This document shows, piece by piece, positions 51,171-64,000 of a stretch of 64,000 bases of DNA (position 1 is the stretch's first letter; each line of letters starts with the position of its first letter). The notes beneath the pieces are model-generated. The model was not told where the DNA came from and ran no database searches. It worked only from the letters and a program-made list of their open reading frames with translations. The stretch is from the NCBI RefSeq assembly GCF_018350175.1, contig NC_058368.1:169510001-169574000 (forward strand), read 5' to 3'. Origin of the DNA: Felis catus. Lineage: Eukaryota. Position numbers and translations under genes: made by a program.

Positions 51171-54100
51171 GCATGATCTACTCATTAGGTTCGTTTTCTA
51201 GACCCCAGGCTAGCTACTGTGTTTTCTGATCATTGACTACTCTTCCTTGTCCTCATCAACTGAGACTAGAGTTGTGTTGTGTACACTGTAGAAACAGATC
51301 TGCCCTGAATAAATCAGTCCTGGGTGCTAGAAGCTTCTTAAAAACTTGTTCTCAAGACTCTTCTACCAGTTAGGTAGAAAAATCATATCCCACACAATTA
51401 TTAAGAAACAGGTTTTCCATTTATTCCAAAACCAAAGCTTAATTAGATACTGCAAAATAAAGAATTGGAAGAGAGAGAAAGTAAGAGCACGTATGTTCTC
51501 TTGGGATTAGGGGTGTTCACGTATGAAGAAAACACAGTATTCTTAAATGTTCACTGTTTCTTAGTGATCTATTTAGGACCATGTTAAAATATACTTATTC
51601 CCTAGTTCAGATAGTCATTCGATGACAGATTTATTTTGTGTTCTTGCCTTGTGTAACACTGTGCTGGGATGTGTTCATGTTTTCCTTCTTTCATTTCCTG
51701 TTGGTTTTTGTTTGGTTTTGGTTTTGGGTGGGTTTTTTTGTTTTGTTTTCTTTTGGCTCAGAACCTACACAGATAGGATGTCTGCTGTAAGTAGTCTATG
51801 ACTTGGACTGCTGCATAGCCTACCTCTAAATAAAATCCTCAGTCCTTTACCTGAAATCTTTGTGAATTCAGAATTTTTTAAATTTTAGGAACTTAATATG
51901 AATATATGGCATATTGCATAAATAATATTTTGGTCTGGGACAGGGCTTATCAAATAACTTAAAATTTCTGAATATTAAGATCAAGTAGAATAAATAATTA
52001 TATGTGGCTTCATGTCAGTTCAGGTTTTGCCACCAAATGAATTTTGAAAAACTTGATTTTCAGAGTTTTTTAGATTTTGAAGATAGAGATTATAGATTTA
52101 CACAGCAATGGTTTGGAGGAATTATGAAGTAATTAGTTAATAATTAGCAAATTGCCTAATAAAGACACAGTACAGCAGAAAGTACCAGAACTCTCTGACT
52201 GACATCAGATTGTTATTAGCATCGTGCTTGAGTGCCTCAACTTTTCTTCTTTGTTCTGCTTCCCATCCCTTCCAAAAATTGAAAAATGTCTGTTTCTTAA
52301 GAATTTTTTTCAAGTCAAGTAGTGCTGACTCTTCGCCCATGGTATCACATTCTGTAAGCACAGAGGTATGTAAGTGTTGACTTTTCTTCTTTGTAAGAGT
52401 CCTTGCCTTGACTCTACTTGTCTGCCTAGTGCTCTAGCTTCTTGACTATGCTTTAGGCTTCCTCATTATCAGAATTAAAAAAGAAATTCTTAATGCTTTC
52501 TTGCACCTCCTGAAATAATACCTTTTACACGTCTTGCATTAGGCAGTTTAAAGTTTGTAATAGGCAACTTTAAATACCGTAACTGTCAATTATATACATT
52601 TTTGTTGCCATTTAGAAGTTTGAAGAAAATGTTTATCAGTAGCCTGCTATCATTCTCACATAGTGATTTCTAAATGATTTACAATGTGGATGGAATTTGT
52701 CTTCTTACTGCTTTCAGGGCATGGTATCTTAAATCATTCTTTTCATCAACTTTATGTGAACTTGAAAAGAATCTTCCTTCCCAGGCTGTTATAATTAGTC
52801 TACTGTGATTTTATTCCTAGGTACAAAATTATTTTAGATTTTATTAGCTTTAGATTTTATCTGTGGAAGTGGTTGAACAGACTGCATTTGAAATGATAGT
52901 TTTAAGTTTTATTTCTTGAAAAGCAATGGCAAAGTAGTTATGTGTTGAGTGAACACCTGCTAAATTGCCTGGTTAGTCTGTGTTTTAATTGCCTTTTTAT
53001 TGTTTATTCTTTAAATCAAACTTTCTTAACTAGCTGTGTGGTTCTAGTTTATTGTCAGATTATTATACAGTGAATTAAGTTTATACAAGGTGTTTTAGTT
53101 GCGTGGCTTGTCTAATGAAATTAAAGTGATTTTGTTTGTTGCTTCCAACATCTTGCAATTACCCCATCAGAGATCATAATCAGGAAAGCGCAGACGATGG
53201 AGAGGAAAAATATGTGTTCTATACATGTTGGATTATGGTGAGATTTGCCTTACAGTGTAAAGGCAGAGTTACCCTGGGGATTACCACCTACAATCTAGGA
53301 AGGATTATAAAAATTTCCAGTTAAGGTATTTGGAAATACATTACTTTGTGGAACCGAAGAAAAATTTTGGAAAGGAGATGAGACAGTGCCAAAGAAAAGC
53401 TGGCATTAGTTTTGGTGTATCTGCTGGATAATGCAAATCTTGAGGGATTCTCTTCTGTTACTGCTGTAGTGCCAAAGTTTTTCCCCCTGTTGGAGTTATA
53501 GAATGCACTATGGAAGTGATAAAGTAAATTAAATATCTGGAATGTGAGTGATTTTTAAAAGTGATGTGTATTCGGGTGGGGGGAGGTGATAATTCTACTA
53601 GAGAGAGTCCGTAGTTTGTTTTTCTGATTTCTTGCACATTTAGTCTTCTGTTCTCTCTCTTCTTTTCTCTCCATGTCCATCCTGTCTCCTGAAATTACTA
53701 AGATACAGCTAATTAACTCAAAGCAGTTCACAGGAAAGACTGAAGTAATATGGCATATTTCAAAGTCTTCTGTTCTTCTGAACAAGATTTTTTTTCCTTC
53801 TAAATGCAGATTAATAAAGCGTGCACTACAAGAGGAACAAGGAAAAGGATTTTAGTGAAAGTATCCTGATCCTGAAAAAGTCAGGAAGGGCTTCAAGCCC
53901 ATCTTGGACTTCAGAACACTTCACAACTTTGTGGTAAAAGAAAAATTTTAAATAGAGCCTTTGGACTTATTTATTTCATCCTTATTTGGAGAGCAGCATT
54001 ATTTTATTTTATTTTATTTTAGGCAAGAAAATTGTATGTGTAATTAGGCTACCTTTCAAAGTAAAACATACCTGGGTTTTAGGGTTTTTTGTAGGTGCTT

Positions 54101-55408
54101 AATATATACTCAAAGTATCATAGGTAGTTGGATGGCTTGTGTGTTTTTCTTCATGTGTTCTTTATCCCTTGTGACATTGTGTTTGCCTTCACTGTGAGTG
54201 ATGTTTTTTCCAGTGTTTGTGTATCTTCAATTGGTTCATTGGATTGTAGAGTAGAATGTCTTTCCCAGGACCAATATTGTGTCTAAAAGTGTTTTGAAAG
54301 TAAAAGTGGCTTGTGTTTTGTTCTTTTCATATTTTTACCTCTTATATGGTGGCTCACTAGCACCAATAATAAGTTGTTGTTGTTTTTTTCTTTTCACCTA
54401 CAAACCTCACACAAGATAGATTTCAGTTGTCGACAAAGACATACGCAGTGAATATAAACGTATTTGCCTTGTCTGTCTTTAGTAACAAAACAACTTTATT
54501 TTAACTGCATTAACTTTTAAGGTCTTTTTATTTGTGAAAATCAGCCTGTTTATGTACTATGCGTTCCTCCAAAGTTACAGCGTTACAGTTATTGGAGAAA
54601 TGAAATTTTCTCCCAGTAGATGAAAATTACATTTTGATTGAACATCATTCCTTATGCAGTCACCCATAAATATAATGTCTTATGCTGTCTTTTCAGAAAA
54701 TGGCTACAGATGTGATTTCTGAAATGACAAGAAAATAGAACATCTTAATGTTTTAGGTAAAACAGATGGTATTTTTGTTGTAGGCGAAACTCCTCTCAGA
54801 GTGAAAGCAACTTAATTGGTGACAAGACTCTTAGGGTCAGCCAAATTATGTACAGTTTTTGTATCTGTTTCTTATTATTGCTTTAGTATCAAAGGTTTTA
54901 GAATAGTTGGAAAGGAGTACTTATCCTTCTTATTGCTGTTTTCTGTTATGCACTGGAAATAGTTGTAAGATTTTTCAGGACTATTTAAAAGTTACAAAAT
55001 TGCATGTTGATTCTACTTTGGTTATATTTTGGCTTTTAGAAGTGCTTTTCCCGTTCCTGAAATAAGCAGTTGTACTTTTGAAAGTTAACACTTCAATTTA
55101 TAATGTTGAGTTGCAACTGTAAGTAGTATCTGCAGGGATAATATCTGATAACATTTATGGTACTCTTTTGTTTCCATACCACTGAGCTTTGAGCAGATTT
55201 CATGGTCAGGTGCCTAGAAAGAGCACAGTATTATGAATGGTCTGGACCAAGAGTCAAGGGCTTATTCCAGTCCCACCGCTGTCACTAACTAGCATCTTTT
55301 TCTTTGAAAATTTAATTCCAGTCTCTACATGTGTTGGGAGAGAGGGGGGCTCAAGTAGGTGATTCCTAGGGTCACATCCAGCTAACATTGACTTTCTTGT
55401 CTGTTTGG

Positions 55409-55635
55409 TTTTTTTTTTTTTTTAGTGTTTTTTTCTAATGTTTATTTATTTTTGAGAGAGAGACAGAGCATGAGAGGCAGAGGGGCAGAGAGAGAAGGAG
55501 TCACAAAAACCGAAGCAGGCTCCAGGCTCTGAGCTGTCAGCACAGAGCCCAATACGGGGCTTGAACTCACTGACTGTGAGAGAATGACCTAAGCTGAAGT
55601 TGGACGCTTAACCAACTGAGCCACCCAGGCACCCC
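55409..55635 (-). mobile_element. CAN-SINE
   Basis: Antisense full-length copy. TSD tcttgtctgttt. Confidence 0.95.
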
Positions 55636-56149
55636 TCTTGTCTGTTTTTTTAAAACATAAATCGTATATAAAGCATTCCTTTGGGCAAACACCAGGAAAG
55701 GAAGTTTTTGGGTAGAAAACTCAATTCTGGAAATTAAGCACGTTTGTCCAATTAACGGGGACATAGGAAACTGGTTTCCAGAATGTCTCCACTATTGCAA
55801 GTTGGTGACTTATTATGGCAGTTCCCTTCCTACCACCTCTTAGAAAAATTAAGTGCAGACTGAGAGAACAGCACGTGTTGGCCCTGTAGCAGCTCAGGAA
55901 GGTTAGCCTCATTTTCACCTCAAAGAAACCCCTTTGAACCACAGTCCTGCCATTGGAGGTGGTTAGAGGGTTCTTAGGTGTAGGCTTTTCACTGGGATTG
56001 ATACAGAGCTCTGATGAAGCAGCATTCCGAGAGCTTTGGGGACATGGGGACTCTGATAGGACTCCGAGTGCTACAGATGACACAGCTGTATTTCTAGCAC
56101 GTACACTTTGAGCGTCTTTCCCCCCCTGGAGAGAAACAGGACTGCCTTC

Positions 56150-56400
56150 TGCAGTCAGCGGGAGTTGGATTGCTTGAGTTTCAATCCTGGCTCTGTCACT
56201 TAAATGGCTATGTGCCCACGAGCAGGAGGATACCAAACCACTCCTACACATCTGTAAAATAGTCCTGATTCTAGGACTTCATAAGTTAGTTGTGAAACCG
56301 AAAGGAGTTAATTCAAGTAAAGTACATACTGAGTGTGAGGCAGTGTTCTAAACGCAAATTAAGTGCAGCTGTTGGTGTTATCACTATTATTGTTATCGTT
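56150..56400 (+). mobile_element. MIR remnant
   Basis: gagtttcaatcctggctctgtcacttaa...catctgtaaaatag...gttgtgaa...gagttaattcaagtaaagt resembles the MIR core. Confidence 0.65.
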
Positions 56401-57747
56401 ACCATTATATCTGAGAAACCCTCCACCACCTGCCAAGTCAAATTGACTTCGGGTTAAAAATAGCAAAAATATTTCTTTAAGTTACAGTGCTGTTGCTGAT
56501 TTACTGCTTTGTCGATTAGTATCACAAACAAGCATAATTCTCAAAGTAATTATTTCCTACAGAATAGCTTTCTAGAATATTTGCTTAACAATATCACAGA
56601 CTTTTCATTGAAACTAAGAACTTTTATTGGTAATATTTTGTGGAATTCTTGGATTTGAGATAGAAGGGTTTCTCAGAAATTAAATACTTAGTAGACAGTA
56701 GCAATTTTAGGTCCTGCTGTCGTCATATTGTTTCTTGAAAGACTGCTTTGCATTTGGATTCACTCACATACTCAGTGCACTTGTAGACTTTCCTTTTGAA
56801 TCCTGTCCTTGGGCAGATGACTGTTCATAGGATGATAGATTGAGAGTATTTTTTGTCCATAAATTTTAAGAAAGTTATTTCTCCTAAATATAGGAAAAAA
56901 TGGTGAAATAATCATGTGTTAGGAAGATCAGGTAACATTTATACACTATTATATTCAAGTATAATCCTTATTACTGAGAAAAAGAGTGTTCTGTTCCTTA
57001 GTGTTCAATTTTTTTGCCTCTTAGATGAGACTATGTTTGTTACTTAATCACCTGGAAGCTTTCAGAAAACATCAATTTTTTAATTTTTCTTCTTACAAAT
57101 ATAAATTCCATTATCTGGTAATTGAAGAGAAGAAAGACTTATTATATAGTTTCTAGAGAAATTTTTGTGGGGAAAACAGTTAAGTATTTGCCTGAGAAGG
57201 CCTCATTTATAAGATTAGAAAGATGTTTAAACTGGGAGGCCTTGGAACTTACATGAAAAGTCTTGTGCATGTGTGCATTTCTCCAGTGAGTGGGGTCTGT
57301 TTAAGGTTTTCAAAGATTAGAAAATAAATATAATTTTTAAAAAGCTGGGAATAACCACCTTAGTCTCTGCAAGAGACTGTCAGTCATTTGCTTCTCACAA
57401 AGTACAGGTTTGGGGTTTTCCTTATTTGCTTTCTCAGTAGTGTTTGCTGTGGCCACCTGTGCTAGGACAGTGGGATTGGGCCACATCAGGCCTGATGGTC
57501 AGTGGATGAGGATGTGGGAGGACATCTTCCATGGGAGAGAGGGTCAGACCGCTGGATATACTTCATTGCAGTCTTTTCCTTGGGCCCAGTTCCAAAGAGC
57601 CCAAGTTCTTCTCATTGCTCTTTGTCCACCCCCACCCTGCCCTACTTTCCAGACCTCAAGATTTTCTTTATTTTGCTTGGTGGTACAAAGTCTCATTCTT
57701 TGTGAAACCAGAGTTTAGCCTTCATTTTCAAGAGGAATAGTGTAACC

Positions 57748-58235
57748 TGGTGTTAGTTTCCTATTGTGCTGTAACAAATTACCACAAACTCGGTCTCTTA
57801 AAAAAGCACTCATTTACTGTCTTACACACAGTGCTGGAGATCCAAAGTTCAGAGTCCATTTCATGGGCCTCACAAAGTGTTGGCAGGGCTGGTTCCTGCC
57901 ACAGGCCCCAAGGGGAGGATCTCTTTCTTTGCCTTGTTCATCTTCTGCAGGCCGCCTGCATTCCTTGGCCGGTGACCCCTTTCACACATATTCTAGCCTC
58001 TTCCCGCTTCTGTTGTCATGTGGCCTTCTTCTCAGTTGGACCTTCCTCTGTCTCTCTAATAAGGACCCTTGTGATTATATTGGGCTCGGTTGGATAATTC
58101 AGGAAATCTCACCATCCCAAGGTGTTTAATTGAATTGCATCTGCAAAGTGTCTTTTGCCATATAAGTTATTCATAGGTTCTGGGGATTCGGATGTGGACA
58201 ACTTGGGGGAGGGGAGTATAAGTGTTCTGCCTGTC
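57748..58235 (-). mobile_element. MaLR MLT1 solo LTR
   Basis: ttagtttcctattgtgctgtaacaaattaccacaaact...aaggacccttgtgattatattggg...catctgcaaagtgtcttttgccatataag...ataggttctggggatt is typical of MLT1. Confidence 0.85.
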
Positions 58236-60844
58236 ATACTTTTGAAACCTAATTTTTGTATTTCCAGGGAATAAGTGGATTCTGAGTTTGGGATAATTAA
58301 TTTCAGAGCATCAAAATAAATCTATGTAGATGTATCTCAGGCACCTCAAATTCAAGAAGTCTGAACCTGGATTTACCACCTTCACCTTGAAAGCTCCTCC
58401 CACTACTCAGGTGGTAGTTCAATTCTTCATTAATGGCACCACCATATCTATCCCACCCTAACTGAAAACCAGGAATTGTGGTAGATGGTTTTTCTGGTTT
58501 TACTCAGCTTTCTGCAAGGAATCCAAAAAATTTTACTGACACATTATCCTGCCTGCTTCTCAGATTTGTTCTTTTTGCATTTCTACTACTTTTGTAACTT
58601 AGGTCTTCACCTTTCCTACCTGGGCTGTTATGGCCACTTGCTTGGTCTTCCTGCTTTTAATCTTGACTCCTTAAATTATTCCTCTACCTAGCAACTAGAA
58701 ATATCTATTCAAAATGAATCTGACCATGTTAAACCTTTTAGTCACTCCCTATAACTAATTGGGTCTGTGTACCTTACAATGATTTAAATATACCCACTCC
58801 TCACTGTGACTTAGTGATTTAGTTCCCCTTCTAGCTCATATATTGATATTTTAGAAGTTCACCTTACTGTGTAGATTTTAGTGGTGTTGGATGGCTTGTA
58901 TGTCCTGAAAATAACATCCTTTTTCGTGTATCTGTGCTTTTATTCTTAGAATTTTTCTACCTAGATTGTATTTCCCTACTTTTCCTTTACCTGGCTATCC
59001 CTCCGCTGCCCCACGTTTAAAAAGGTTCTTGTTTATGTTGTTGTTGTATTTTTCTAATTACTTAAAAAATACATACTTGATGTAGAAAATGGTTTTACAT
59101 CCAAAGTATTAAGAAGTAGTTGCAGAATATTCACTAATAATACCAGAATCTAGAGGAAGTACCTTGTTAATAATGTAAGTTTTCTTTTGTTGAATATACT
59201 CTGTTGTTAAATATATCTGTGGAATTTGTAATTTCAAATACTTCTCCTTTCAGAATTTCATTCAGTTTAGCCTTGATGTATTCAGTTTCTGTGGTGAAAT
59301 TGTTTATCTTTTCATCTCTTTATTCATATTTTCATCTTTACTTGGACATATTAATAATTATTTTAAAGTCTTTTCAGTTAACTCCCTTATCTGGATCATG
59401 TGTGGTTCTAATTCTTTTGTCTTTTTCTTCTTGGTGTTTAATCATGTGGCTCTGTCTTTTGGATGTCTTGAAATTTTATATCAAGTAGTAGACACTTACA
59501 TAGGCTCCAGAAAATATCTTCTTCTAGGAAGCATTCAGTCATCCTCCAATCAAGCACTATGCTAAACTGAGGCTAATTTATATCTCGTTTGTCTAGTTCT
59601 CCAAGTTTTCAACTGATAGTCTAGTGTATTCTATAGGCACTACTCCCTGGTGGGTTCTAAAATGTCATGAGATGTCTCTGCTCTACTTTTCATAAGTTTT
59701 CTGTTTAGGCTGTAAGCCTCCCTTTCTGTGCAGCACCCCAGCGTTTGGCACATGAACCGATGAGAAAGCCAAATGTACACTTGAAGCCTCCTAAGCTCTG
59801 GCTAAGTGCTTTTTGGCCTCTCTGTTCCCACCGTGATCCTCCTCTAGGCTTTTCATGGAACTCAGCCTTTCCCAGTGCTGAGAATTGGCATGTCCCAGGG
59901 TAAAAATGGCTAGAGAATGAAGCTCACTTCTCTGAAGTTCTTTTCTCTCCTCAGCAGTTCCTGTTGCTTTCAAGCAGATGATTGCCATATTTATCTGGGT
60001 TTTCTAGTTGGCCATAGAATTGAGAGCTCTTGTCTGTCAGCTACTCCATCTCTCCTAGAAGCTGAAGCAACATTTATATTCCAACTTAAATTTGATAGTT
60101 GGAAAATGGTCACTTTTTCTACTTGGCTGTTTATGTTGCTATTGATTTTGTAAGAGCACTTTACAAATTTCCCAAATTTGATTTTCTGTTTTTTATTATT
60201 CTTTAATCTTATTTTTAAGATAGAAAATGCTTAAGCTTTTGTTATCAACTCTGCTAGCCTTTCACTTAGCTATTTTTTTTTTTTTTTTTTTACTGTTATG
60301 GTTACAGAGACCTCTATGCCACAAATGATACATTTGTTGTTTTTTTTCTTTTTTCTACTAATCTTGTCATTGTTTATATTTCTCAATTTTTTAAATCTAG
60401 AATCAGTCCTGGCATATTGCTTTAGTGTGTCTGTTTAACCATTTTGTCTTGCCTGTCTTATTATTATAGGTAAATTACAGAATTTTCTTGCCCTCTTTTT
60501 CCCAACAGGAGAATTTCAGTGGGATTTTGGTTAGCAACACATACGGTTCATGAATTAATTTTGGGGAAGTTGGTTGGTTTTTGTTTTTTGTGTTTTGTTT
60601 TGTTTTGTTTTTTTAATTTTTCCCTCCTAAAATAAATGTCTCTCCATGTGTTCATTTTTATGTCTCAGTAAAGTTTTATAATTTTCTGTATATGCGGTCA
60701 TTTTGTATAAAGCTAATTTCCTATTTTGTATATTCTCCCGATTAATTCTTAATCATCCTGCCACCTTTTTGTGTGTGTCACAGGATGCCCTGTGCATACT
60801 TTTGTCTTATTACTTACCCTATTATATTGAACTTAACAGTTTCT

Positions 60845-61008
60845 TTTCCTTTTTTTTTTAATATAATTTTTTGTCAAATAGGCTAACATGCAGTGTGTAA
60901 AGTGTGCTCTTGGATTTGGGGGTAGATTCCCATGGTTCATTGCCTGCACACAACACCCAGTGCTCATCCCAGCAAGTGCCGTCCTCAATGCCCATCACCC
61001 ATTTTCTC
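60845..61008 (-). mobile_element. Short felid L1 3' UTR fragment
   Basis: T-tract, aatataattttttgtcaaataggct...acaacacccagtgctcatcccagcaagtgccgtcctcaatgccc, similar to 3745-3830. Confidence 0.85.
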
Positions 61009-61449
61009 TCTCTTCTCTTAGATTATAGATCCTTCCAGGACAGGGGCTATGTATTCACATTCTTAAGTTTATAACTACATATACCAAGAGATATCCTTCT
61101 GTCTTTTTTTTCTTGCTTTTTAATTTATCCATATTCCATGTGGTTAACCCCTTGGTACATGGATGTATTGTACGCACCTGTGCATTTATTTCTACCCCCG
61201 CCGCCCCCACCCCGACCCTGGTCGTCTGAACTCTTGTTTCAAGGTAGATCTGTGTTATCACATATGTGGTCTTGTTAATTTCTGTCATTTAGATTTTTAT
61301 ATGCCTTACACAGAAAAGCATTTAAGGCAGCTCAGTGACCTGGGTTAATTAAAACATTCACTCTACCATCCAGTGTGATTCATGTACCAGAGTCCTTGGT
61401 CAGGACGCCAGGAGGATTTTGTAAGGAAAACGAGAGATTTAATCGCTAT

Positions 61450-61655
61450 TGAGATTCCACTTTGTGCCAGGTCTGAGCTATGTGATTTTCCAAACATTTT
61501 ATCTTTTAACCCTAATAAGAGTCTTGTCTACTGATTTTATAGATGAGGATATTAAGGCTTGGAGAAATGAAATAACTTGCTCAGGCCTCTCAAATTCTAA
61601 GTGCCATGGTGGGGTTTTCAGCTTGAATATGTTTCATTCCAGAACCCAGGAATCA
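61450..61655 (-). mobile_element. MIR remnant
   Basis: attgagattccactttgtgccagg...attttatagatgaggatattaaggcttggagaaatgaaataacttgctcagg. Confidence 0.7.
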
Positions 61656-61995
61656 TAGAACTGTGTGATTTTTGAAGAACTGACATGTATCAAAAAGGGT
61701 CCTTTTGTTTTTAATATCTTGACTCCCCCCCCCCCCTCCCCCCGGTGGCTAATATGGTAAGCATTGTGTTTTAAACCCAGAAAACTAGGTGGACTGTATC
61801 AAAAAGACTTCAAGTGTAGAAATTAAAATTTCTATAAACATATAAATCTATATATTTCCACATTCAGAAAATTATGTAAGTTTACTACTTTTCTTTAGAT
61901 TACACTCTACTAATGAGGCTACTTAGAGAAGATGTATATATTCTTATTTGAAATGAATTTTTTACTCTGCTGTCATTGATTAAGAATCAGACTGA

Positions 61996-62207
61996 GGGGC
62001 GCCTGGGTGGCTCAGTCGGTTGAGCGTCCGACTTCAGCTCAGGTCACGATCTCACGGTCCGTGAGTTCGAGCCCCCGTCAGGCTCTGGGCTGATGGCTCA
62101 GAGCCTGGAGCCTGCTTCCAATTCTGTGTCTCCCTCTTTCTCTGCCCCTCCCCCGTTCATGCTCTTTCTCTCTCTGTCTCAAAAATAAATAAATGTTAAA
62201 AAAAAAA
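61996..62207 (+). mobile_element. Young SINEC_Fc-like SINE
   Basis: ggggcgcctgggtggctcagtcggttgagcgtccgac... Perfect 14-bp TSD aagaatcagactga. Confidence 0.96.
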
Positions 62208-63964
62208 AAGAATCAGACTGAACTTTAGCCTGCTTTATTCTTAACTTTCTCTGTAATCTTGGATCTGTCATTTCCTGTCTTTGCAAAGAGGTTAATTATA
62301 TAGCTTGTTGACTTTAAAATCATTTTTTTATGGAATTGAAAAGTAATAGAAGTGAAAATGATCTGATAAACCTCTAAAGCCCCACACTGGTAGGAATCAT
62401 TTATAAATGATATATTCTCCTAGTGGGATTTCTGTGCATTACTCATTTATCAACTATTTATTGAATGTTATTCTGTGTCAGGTACTACACTAGGCTCATG
62501 AAGCTACAATGATTGTTCATATAACCTAGTGTTTGCTTAATTGGTTTTAAACTGTATTTAAAGGAGACTTGTAAATACTTCTCATTTGTGTCTCCCTTAC
62601 GCAGTCATAAATATACATAATGCTTTTTAAATGTTTTCCTTGAATATTGTTTTGGTTACCTCACATAGTGAAGTTATAAGATGAGCTCCTTAGTGTATAG
62701 TACAAGATTTTTTTCTGTTCCAATGTTCCAGTTTATAAATTTTCTTTCACAAATATACTGAAATATAAATAGCTTTTTGTTCATCCTGAGCTTTCTGAAG
62801 AGAGAGGCTCCATGGGGATCTTGGGCATCGGTGAGGAGAGAAAGTTCTTCACATATGAATTTGGAACTAAGGGAATCTCCACGTGAAACCTCAGTTGTCA
62901 AAAAGGTGCTTATAAGCTTGTCCTGTGAGTAAAATGGTTAAGAAGATAGCTAGGGAGGTAAGGCCAGGTTTTGAGCCTTGTTGCACTTTTCACTGGGTCA
63001 GTGTTGGCAAAATACCTAGCCTCGATGACCCTCAGTTTCCTACCTGTTCAGTGGGAAGGATGAAAGGCTGTGTCTTATAGGTTGCCCGTACAGTCCTGAG
63101 GACTGGGCCCCGCATACAAGAAGCAAACTAAGAGATAGCTCCAAGGTGACTCTGACTAAGGACATGCTCCTTCCACTCTACCCTTCATCCAATCCTAGAA
63201 GGAAGCCCGAATGGTCCTAATCTATTGTTCAAGTGGGCACTGATTAGATTTGCCTTAAAGAGAGGACTTGGATTGCCCCAGGTGTCTTTCTTATCATGAC
63301 ATGAATCATTTCTACAAAAGGGGTGAAGGAATTCTAAATATACTCCTCCTCAATAGTCTTCAAGGACAGAACCATGTGTACAGTGGAATTCTAGTTCTCC
63401 CATAAAATGATTCCCAGTTTGACATGAGCATGCAGATGTCTTCATTTTTCTCCATTCCTTTTTCTCTCAAAGTAGATCATAATCTGTCATCTAATTGGGT
63501 TGGCAGGTACCATATGAATGCTTTGTTATCATGAGGTGAGGGTTGTTCCTTTTATATGGAGAATTGGGATACTTGCTGTAACCCCAAGTAAGTTAAGGGG
63601 GCTTAGTATCCTAGTGAGAACTAGGAGTCTGGATGGGACTTGGTGATAGGTGATGGGAAGCGAATGTAAACGTGGGGACAAGTGGCGGGGGGGGGGGGGG
63701 GGAATGTTCTGAGCTTCCTGTACAGTTACTTCCAAGATGAAATAGAAATTAACTATCCTAATTTTTAAGATATAAATATTACTGTTTTCTTTTGTTAGCG
63801 TGGATCAAGTATTACTAATTTTTAATAACCGAGTTTGACATTTAGGATATTGAAACCTGTTGGTTTTATTCACAACTGATGGGTTTAAATGAACTCATAT
63901 TTAGGGATGTTGGCAGTATAACAAATGTTTGACCCACCAAATATGATAATGAAAATTAACATTT

Positions 63965-64000
63965 AGGAGCTCCTGGGTGACTCAGTCGGTTAAGAGTCCA
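63965..64000 (+). mobile_element. Start of a CAN-SINE cut off by the window edge
   Basis: aggagctcctgggtgactcagtcggttaagagtcca. Confidence 0.8.

Noticed and set aside
55721..56251. 176-aa minus-strand ORF
   Set aside because: Starts within a MIR remnant, has no recognisable domain and no supporting gene structure.
39056..64000. Search for MAN2A1 exon 13 (expected to start near YLVVYNPL) or a paralogous mutually exclusive copy of exon 12
   Set aside because: Not found by eye. The next canonical exon probably lies beyond the window.

Overview
This is AT-rich mammalian genomic DNA, almost certainly from a felid (many tRNA-derived CAN-SINEs of the SINEC_Fc type and carnivore L1 3' ends). The window appears to lie entirely inside MAN2A1 (Golgi alpha-mannosidase II, GH38) on the + strand. 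Eight GT-AG coding exons (128, 174, 187, 178, 203, 183, 115 and 68 nt; exons 5-12 by my recollection of the human gene) splice into an uninterrupted 1236-nt frame with the catalytic and zinc-binding motifs intact ([23 protein letters not shown]). The remainder is intron containing about 20 SINE copies, L1 fragments of several ages, MaLR LTRs, a MER3, MIR/L2 remnants and microsatellites. I do not see a clearly new biological system. The best leads are: (1) a local duplication that places a second copy of the exon-8 splice acceptor, with the first 15 exonic nt, 1.7 kb downstream in intron 8, later interrupted by an L1 tail and a SINE; (2) a candidate cassette exon deep in intron 12 (53171/53184-53237); (3) inverted SINE pairs that could form dsRNA around exons 5 and 8. 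Most ORFs in the supplied track are repeat-derived or chance.
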